Assembly: GCA_964016885.1 (NCBI GenBank) | Contig: OZ024745.1 | Coordinates: 41,850,001 to 41,914,000, forward strand | Direction of reading: 5' to 3' | DNA from: Eledone cirrhosa | Taxonomy: Eukaryota | DNA: 64,000 nt | Position numbers and translations under genes: made by a program | Shown: positions 55,988 to 64,000 of the stretch, piece by piece | Layout of the letters: every line of letters begins with the position of its first letter | Numbering within the stretch: position 1 is the stretch's first letter | Notes under the pieces: generated by a model | Databases searched by the model: none | What the model saw: the letters and a program-made list of their open reading frames with translations, nothing else | What the model was told of the DNA's origin: nothing

Positions 55988-56074
<87 letters not shown>

Positions 56075-56257
56075 GTGTATGCGTGTGTGTGTGTGTTCTA
56101 TTATTAAGAAGTATTACCTTACAGAAACATAACTACTTAATAAATATTGCATTTTATTTGAAGTAGAGGGTTTCCATACAGCCTCTGATAATACATGTGT
56201 AACGAAACAGTTATGTTTACTTATGCATTTATGCATGTATGTAGCTATGCACGATTT

Positions 56258-56738
56258 GATGGCACGTGGTTTAGTAGTTAGGGTATTCCACGTAAGACAA
56301 TATTTTCACGTAACTCTTGTCAACTGAGCTGGCAAAAGTAAGTTGTACATTTAATGTCATACACGCTTTAACGAGGAATCTCCACGAGAACTACGTTCAC
56401 GAAACACGTGTCTTTGTAATGCTAGGCCACTTACGCGTACTTTTAAGAACTGACTCTTCGCTTGGTTCTACCAGTAACAAAGACGTATATATATATATAC
56501 CACGTATATATATATATATATATATCGACAGTCGACCGATTTCCGTCAAATCGGACCGAGGAAACAATGTTTCCGTTCGTCTTTCCAATTGCTAATATCG
56601 GTCGCAACTCCAGGTAGAAGGAGCAACGTGAAATAAAAAGTCTTGCTCAAGGATATAACGCATCGCCCGATCCAGGAATCGAACTCACAACCTCACGATT
56701 GCGAATCCACTTCTTTTACCACTCAGCCACGCGCCTTC
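56258..56738. mobile_element. Two SINE remnants in opposite orientation (56258-56440 +, 56630-56738 -)
   Basis: GGCACGTGGTTTAGTAGTTAGGGTATT head plus family-B-like body; second has CAGGAATCGAACTCACAACC...TACCACTCAGCCACGCGCC. Confidence 0.65.
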
Positions 56739-56868
56739 ACTTATATATATGTCTGTGTGTATGTGTGTGTATATATGTGTTGTGTGTGTATACGTGTGTG
56801 TGTGCTTGTATGTATGTATAAGTGTATATGTATGAATCTAAGTATGTATGTGTATGTAAGTGTATGTA

Positions 56869-56904
<36 letters not shown>

Positions 56905-57004
56905 AACCTATATATACCTACACACGTATGTATACATATATATGTAACTATATATATATATATGTATATATATACATGTTATATGCATACATATATAGTT
57001 ACAT

Positions 57005-57039
<35 letters not shown>

Positions 57040-57097
57040 CATAGGCGTATGTATAAATCTATATATTTGTATGTAGATAGATATATATATACATGTG

Positions 57098-57176
<79 letters not shown>

Positions 57177-57320
57177 ATGCTTTGGGAGGGTCATGTTGCC
57201 AATAACACACGCACCAGTTGCTTTCACTTCAATTTATTATAAATTAAATTTATAAATTTAGGAATTTATAAATTTCCGGTTGGTTGGTTGGTTTCACAAC
57301 CAGACGATTGTTCATATACT

Positions 57321-57363
57321 GTCAAAGTTCTTTTGTCACACATTCTGTGACCTCTTCAGTGAC
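57321..57363 (-). ncRNA. Hammerhead-like motif (GAAA changed to AAAA)
   Basis: GUCA-CUGAAGA-G-GUCACA(GAAUG)UGUGAC-AAAA-GAAC-UU-UGAC. Confidence 0.45.
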
Positions 57364-57661
57364 TGGGGATTCTTTTCTTTGTTTTTGTGCCTCTCCTTTG
57401 TTCTGTCCTACGCCATCTTGTTTTTGTGTGTGTTGTGTGCTTATATTGCGCATGTGTTACATCCGGGTGTCTGTGTGTGTTTATATTTGTTTATTTATTT
57501 GTTACTGGTGTATTTTGTCCTTAATTGTAAGTTGTGATGTTGCTATTCCATTCATATAAACACACACAGACACACACAAACTAAGCACACAACACACACA
57601 AAAACAAAATGGCGTAGGACAGAACAAAGGAGAGGCACAAAAACAAAGAAACGAATCCCCA

Positions 57662-57703
57662 GTCACTGAAGAGGTCACAGAATGTGTGACGAAAGAATTT
57701 GAC
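57662..57703 (+). ncRNA. Hammerhead-like motif
   Basis: GUCA-CUGAAGA-G-GUCACA(GAAUG)UGUGAC-GAAA-GAAUU-UGAC; stem I GUCA/UGAC. Confidence 0.55.
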
Positions 57704-57908
57704 AATATATGAACAATCGTCTGGTTGTGGAACCAACCAACCGGAAATTTATAAATTCCTGAATTTATTAATTTAATTTATAATAAATTGAAGTGAAAGC
57801 AAGTTGTGCGTGTGTTTCTTATTGGCAACATGACCCTCCCAAAGCATAACAATATCGGTTTCAACACACGTTTTCAGATAAAGAATCCTGCTAAACAAAT
57901 TCAGAAAC

Positions 57909-57961
<53 letters not shown>

Positions 57962-58731
57962 ATATATAGTTACATATAAATTTATACATATATAGGCGTA
58001 TGTATATAAATTTGTGTTTGGTTGCATGTTCAATGTGACCTACATAACATATTTGATACAGGCACAGTAATGTAAAATTTATACACACTTACTTTCCCTC
58101 AAACACATGGACTTTAGCCCATTATTGTGCTTATACTGCTTAATATTATTAAATTTCTCTACCTCTCTTCCTCCTTCTCACTCCCTCAATCTCTCTCTCT
58201 CCATTTCTCTGGGTGTATATATATTTATATATATATATATAGTGTTGCCTGAATGTGAGGTTGTAATCACTGAAGAGCCCTCAGTATGTAAACAGAGATA
58301 AATAAACTATATTATATAAAGTAGATAACACTGGCGTATACCTTCCTAGGCACTCGGAGCTTCCCGAAGCAGGTTGGTGTTACTTCGTTCGGAGTGTGCA
58401 TGTGTGTATGAGGGGGTGTAATAATTGTATATATAAAAATAAATGCCTATTTAGACATCCAAACTGCTTCATAATGAAGACCATTAACTAGGGTAGCTAA
58501 TGAAATATTTCTTCGTGGTTTAGGGTACATTTGGATGGTTTTCAACTAAATTTGGCATTTGGACTATAATAACAATCTTGTTGGGTATCTATATATGGAA
58601 ACGGTTCCTTTACTTATGTGTGTAAGTAGTAGACAGGTGATTCCATATATTTGTTTAGTGTATTTATTCATTGTATTTCCCACAGATTTTCTACTTATCA
58701 GATGGTTGTAATGGCTCGTGTAAGGGCGACT

Positions 58732-58889
<158 letters not shown>

Positions 58890-58890
58890 C

Positions 58891-59763
58891 GGATTTTACC
58901 ATCATTTCCGAACGTCCGGATAAATATTTCAATCATATCTTATTTTGTTTGACCCGATTAGCTTGCTCGCTTTTTTTGGCTTGGTGGTTAATGGCTTAAC
59001 CATCGTCTCAGTTTGTATGGCCTTTTTAACGTATGTTTATCGCTCTGGTATATTCCTATCCATTGAGCGCTTGCCAACACAAATCGGAAGTTGCTTTTCG
59101 CTAATTTCTACTCGCCGAAATGCGATTCTCGCTAAATTATATTTGTATTAACCTCCCGAGTCTTGCAATTAACCAGTTAATTATTTTGATTTTTTTTAGT
59201 TAATTCTATTGACTGATTAATCGCTTAAGTTTATTTTAAAAACTACGCGGTCGAGAGGTTAATTCGTTTTGTGATATTTTTGCAATTTTGCAATAACTAC
59301 ACATACTGAATTCATTTGCCAACACTAGGGGTTTTCTACCCTTTGGAGTCCACATGTGCTCTCAGAACACTGTCAGATTCGAAGCCTGGCGCAGAACAAA
59401 ATACCTGTTGAAAAAGTGATATCCTTGTTCGATCATCATACTAAAAGCTTATTATTATTATTTTTTTAAGCAGACAGTATTATGAATTAGGTGTCGCAGA
59501 AACCCTTTATTGGATTTTACCATCATTTCCGAACGTCCGGGTAAATATTTCAATCATATCTTATTTTGTTTGACCCGATTAGCTTGCTCGCTTTTTGGGG
59601 CTTGGTGGTTAATGGCTTAACCATCGTCTCAGTTTGTATGGCCTTTTTAACGTATGTTTATCGCTCTGGTATATTCCTATCCATTGAGCGCTTGCCAACA
59701 CAAATCGGAAGTTGCTTTTCGCTAATTTCTACTCGTCGAAATGCGATTCTCGCTAAATTATAT
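58891..59763. repeat. 252-bp direct repeats (58891-59142, 59512-59763), period 621, flanked by (TA)n
   Basis: GGATTTTACCATCATTTCCGAACG...CTCGCTAAATTATAT duplicated with about 4 differences. Confidence 0.93.
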
Positions 59764-60219
59764 ATAAATATATATATATATACTCTGCATATTTGTTTGT
59801 TTATATGTATATGCATATGATTATTTAAACATATACAGACATATACATATCATTTTTGTGTTTGTTTTTACAAGACTCTTTATGTGAAATCGTGTGTTTA
59901 GAGAGATGTTATAGTTTTGAAGGTTAATGCTGCCAATAACAATACATTCACCAGTTGATTTTTACAGAGGAAACTCATCCAAATATTTGTTTGTTTAGTA
60001 ACCAGAGGATTGTTTTATTGTCAATGCCTTTTTTTTACTTTCTCAATGTGTTTTGGCCGTGTCTTCTCTTTGTCCGATTTCGTTCCAATTAACATTTGAT
60101 AATTAAATAACACTTGATAATTAAAAAAAACACAAATGGATTGGTTACTAAAAATAGTATTATTTCATGTTCCTTTGAAAATAGAATAAAGTCATTTGAC
60201 GAAACGTCATTTCAATACC

Positions 60220-60491
60220 GTGAGTTCGATACCCATAGGTACATGATGGCCTTGAGCAAGGCACTTTATTTCCCGTTGCTCCAGTCCACTAAGCTGACAA
60301 AAATGAGTTGTGCCTGCAATTCAAAGGGCCAGCCGTGCCACATTCTGTGTCACGCTGAATCTTCCTGAAAAATACTCTTACGGGCACGCGTGTCTGTGGA
60401 ATGTTCAGCCACTTGCACATTAATTTCATGATCAGGATGTTCCGTTAGTCCTATCAATTGGAACACTCAGCATGGTAACGACGGAGTACCA
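60220..60491 (+). mobile_element. SINE family B (CORE-like)
   Basis: B-box GAGTTCGATACC, CORE-like GGCCTTGAGCAAGGCACTTTA, body GTGTCTGTGGAATGTTCAGCCACTTGCACATTAATTTCA. Confidence 0.75.
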
Positions 60492-61225
60492 TTTTCACTT
60501 TCAATATCAGACGTACTGTTATACGGGATTTAAAGAAAGCTGTCAAAATCTTACGTTAAACAATTTAAAGTAATTTCAATCCAATCGTAGGAAACTATTT
60601 AAATTCACAGTGCATCATAGATAAGTGGCTGATCTGGGCTCAGCTGATTTGGAAGATAGCCAGAATAGAAAAAGGATATCTCGAAGCCTATACGTTCATT
60701 GCGTGTGATTGGCTGCGTAGATGTTGAGAGTAAGATAGTCAGTCCCGACAATAGACCAGATTGGAAGAGAATTCGGAGCCCATCGACGCTCTTCAGCCCT
60801 AAGGGTGCATGAAGTCACAACGAATGGTCAAGAAGAGTGATGATTATATGTGAGTCCCCGGATTCTCAAACATGATTCTCATTCTAGTGCGTCTGTACTT
60901 ATTGATATCATGATCTTCCCAAAGTATATATATATATATAGATATAAATATATAGAGAGAGATATATAGAGAGAAAGAAAGAGATAAAGAGAGAGTATGA
61001 ATTAGTAACAATTAGGAGACAATGCAATGGTGAGTAGACGCAGATAACCGCTTGCTTCGCTCACCCATAAGCTGCAACTTTATTCATTGTCTCTGAAAGG
61101 ACAAAAACACAGTTAACATTGATGCCAGTGCATTCTATCCACGATATTATACATGAGGTGATGGTGTATATGTCTGTGTGTGTGTGAGAGATAGAGAAAG
61201 AAAGAGAGAGAGAGAGTGAGTGAGT

Positions 61226-61288
<63 letters not shown>

Positions 61289-61605
61289 TGTGTGTGTGTG
61301 TGTATGTCTGTGTATATTGGCATACTGTGTATTCATAAACATTTGTTGAGGATATTGCTCCGAACTGTAGCATACAAATAAGATAAAGTCAAAGATGTTG
61401 AAGGACTCTAAACTGAATGGGCTTTAACGTGTATGTCTATCAGTTTTATGACATATGGTTTTCATCTCCCGTAGAAGCTATTGCTACGTTGTCAAACCAG
61501 AAAAGACTACATATGTTCACTCATATCCGAGACACAACGCATACATTTTAAAATTATTTTATCCATTTATTTATTTATTTATTTTTACTAGTTTCACTCA
61601 TTAAA

Positions 61606-62058
61606 ATGCGACTTGGGCAGGTCCTGTCTCGCGCATCAAAGACTCTAGGATGGCAAAGGCAGTTTTCTACGGCGAACTACGTCAACGCAATCGAGACCAA
61701 GCCCCAGCAACATACCCATCCCCGGAAAACCCTTCAAGGACCAACTCAAGCGCCAGCTGAACCAAGGCAATATTAATCACAGGGAAAGGAAAGACCTGGC
61801 AGATGATAGAAAGAAATGGAGAGTGACCACCAAAATAGCTGCAGCCAGCTTTGAAGAAGGGAAAAAGACGGCAGCTAAAGACAAACGTCAACGAAGAAAG
61901 CTGTCCGCTACCCAACCACCAACTGACCAAATATACACTTGCCCCAACTGTACCAGAGTCTGCAGGTCCAGGATTGGCCTCTACAGCCTCCTCAAGGTGT
62001 GTCACGAACAGGGCAACAATTCTTTACACTGATCTTCGCAAGGGAAGAATTCGCCATT
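61606..62058 (+). mobile_element. RTE (BovB-like) LINE 3' end
   Basis: WAG.VSR..DSRMAKAVFYGEL...FKDQLKR...DRKKWR...FEE...YTCPNCTRVCRSRIGLYS. Confidence 0.9.
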
Positions 62059-62501
62059 CATCTTGGGGTTAACGCCTTCACAAATAAAATCGACAACATC
62101 GATCTCAAGAAGTCATTCAGATGGAAATGATATACTTATCACGATAAACAACTAAATGAAAATTAAATTGAAGATCATATCAATGTATAAGACTCTTTAG
62201 GAACTGTGACAAAGATCAATTTCATTTTGTTAGATTTAATGTTTAAGATATGGAATAAATGTTTGTACCAGTCAGTATATCTAACGACGGAATATTTGTA
62301 GCATCGCAGCTATAATTCCTTACAATTTGTATTTCGCATTCCATGCAACATATCAGGATACAAACTAAAATACCATTTGTTAATTTGGTAACTGAAGACC
62401 ACAGGAAAGGCGCACAGAAATTTCTCTGCCAGTTGTTTTCGTCATATATCATAATATTTTTAATGATGTGAAGCTTATTTTGTTCAGATTTCAAAAACAT
62501 A

Positions 62502-62533
<32 letters not shown>

Positions 62534-62536
<3 letters not shown>

Positions 62537-63182
62537 AAAAAGTATCACACTAGTGAGAGATACAGTGCGCTATCAATAAAACAGGGAAAAACCACCAGTG
62601 TATGGAATCTATAACCTATGAAAGCTCCGTTAATTTATCCTGATATTTCGATCCTTATAACAGTCTTTCCTCTCTCTCTGTTTGGTTAAGCACACCTCTC
62701 TGAGTGGTTTTGGGCTGCCCTTTCTAGCAGCTCGTCCCTCAGAGGCCACTGGTTCACTGCCCTTAAACACGTTGTGACTTCTCTCTCCCACGTGTAGCTG
62801 GACGGTCGCTTTAAATTCTCTTAGTGTTGTCTGAAATGTATAGCCTAGCACACGCTGATGAACCATGGGTTATTTCATTTCTCTCAACAACTTACAGGCG
62901 AAACAGATCTCTTTGGATGTGTACGTGTGTTATATAGTTATAGAGATATGTATTTACACTTTAATTAAAATCTTTAATTATCGTGTGTCTACTCTGCCTT
63001 TCATAGGTTATAGATTCCATACACTGGTGGTTTTTCCCTGTTTTATTGACAACGCACTGTATCTCTCCCTAGTGTGTTACCTTTTCAACATATTGTATTT
63101 TAAAGAGCTCAGGATTTCTTCTCCTTTGAGCACATTATTTACAGGGAACGGCGAGCGTCTATGGCTCCGTTAATTTATCGTG

Positions 63183-63186
<4 letters not shown>
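62534..63186 (+). mobile_element. Non-coding, (TA)n-flanked, hammerhead-containing element (Penelope pLTR-/retrozyme-like)
   Basis: Inverted 91-bp segment (62534-62624 vs 62998-63088), 23-nt terminal direct repeat (62624-62646, 63164-63186), internal HHR. Confidence 0.72.
62848..62930 (+). ncRNA. Type I hammerhead ribozyme (near-complete, partly decayed)
   Basis: Stem I CACACG/CGUGUG; CUGAUGA; stem II ACC...GGC; GAAA; stem III ACAGAUCU(CUUU)GGAUGUGU with one G-G mismatch; GUA triplet at 62921-62923. Confidence 0.7.
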
Positions 63187-63570
<384 letters not shown>

Positions 63571-63844
63571 CTGTAAACGCAGAATATATATATATATCTG
63601 TATATATATATATATATAGTACACGCACTACTTTCCCTTGCAGTTTCTTGCCGAAAAGATATCATCAAATGTAAATGTTTCAGTTGTCACGCTTTCGAAT
63701 GTTTGAATTCGGCAAGAAATTTGAAGGAATGGAAAAGTAGGTAACTTTAACTGTAATATAATAATAATTATATACTTTGTTCGCAAACTATAATTCTATT
63801 GGAGGGCGTGTTGTTTTACTGTAAATTTTTCTTCTACAAAATTA

Positions 63845-64000
63845 CCGGAGACTGAGGTTGGTTGGACATGCTCACCGACATCCAGAGTTGACACTGCACT
63901 CGGTGCTCCTGTGGGAGCCCCTGCATGGACACACTGGAAGAGGAAGACCGAGGTTAACATATGTTGATGCCCTAAGGACAGACACTGGTCTCTTGAAGAC
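63845..64000 (+). mobile_element. RTE-type LINE C-terminal fragment (runs off the window)
   Basis: [48 protein letters not shown]. Confidence 0.9.

Larger units (their letters stand above)
57169..57855. mobile_element. ~300-bp inverted repeat pair with hammerhead-like cores (Penelope-like inverted termini)
   Basis: Arms 57169-57486 and 57554-57855, 67-nt spacer; (TA)n directly left and ~55 nt right. Confidence 0.8.

Noticed and set aside
58269-58295. CTGAAGAG...TAAAC as a hammerhead
   Set aside because: No stem II and the GAAA is mutated
60611-60855. Possible plus-strand exon (CACAG| ... |GTGAGT)
   Set aside because: The frame I translated hits a stop and no motif was recognised; insufficient support

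Overview
AT-rich eukaryotic non-coding DNA (intergenic or a very large intron), saturated with (TA)n, (CA/TG)n, (GA/TC)n and trinucleotide microsatellites. Nearly all ORFs in the track are microsatellite read-through, and I find no intact host gene. The dominant ~190-bp tRNA-derived SINE resembles octopus SINEs as I recall them, so a coleoid cephalopod source is inferred, not proven. Content: (i) 13 near-full-length copies of that SINE plus truncated and old ones, several with clean TSDs, including two head-to-tail triplets; (ii) decayed non-LTR retrotransposon fragments (RTE-type, including one with a twin-priming-like inversion; L1/Tx1 RT; R4/Dong-like endonuclease); (iii) an unusually dense set of inverted repeats and palindromes anchored in (TA)n tracts. 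Several of these (TA)n-embedded non-coding units carry hammerhead-ribozyme (HHR) cores (CUGANGA-stemII-GAAA). One is a near-complete type I hammerhead inside a terminally redundant 540-nt unit (62624-63186), and two related units show compensatory changes in stem II. The best reading is several families of non-autonomous Penelope-like/retrozyme-like ribozyme elements that target (TA)n. All alignments and folds were done by eye; coordinates may be off by a few bases.
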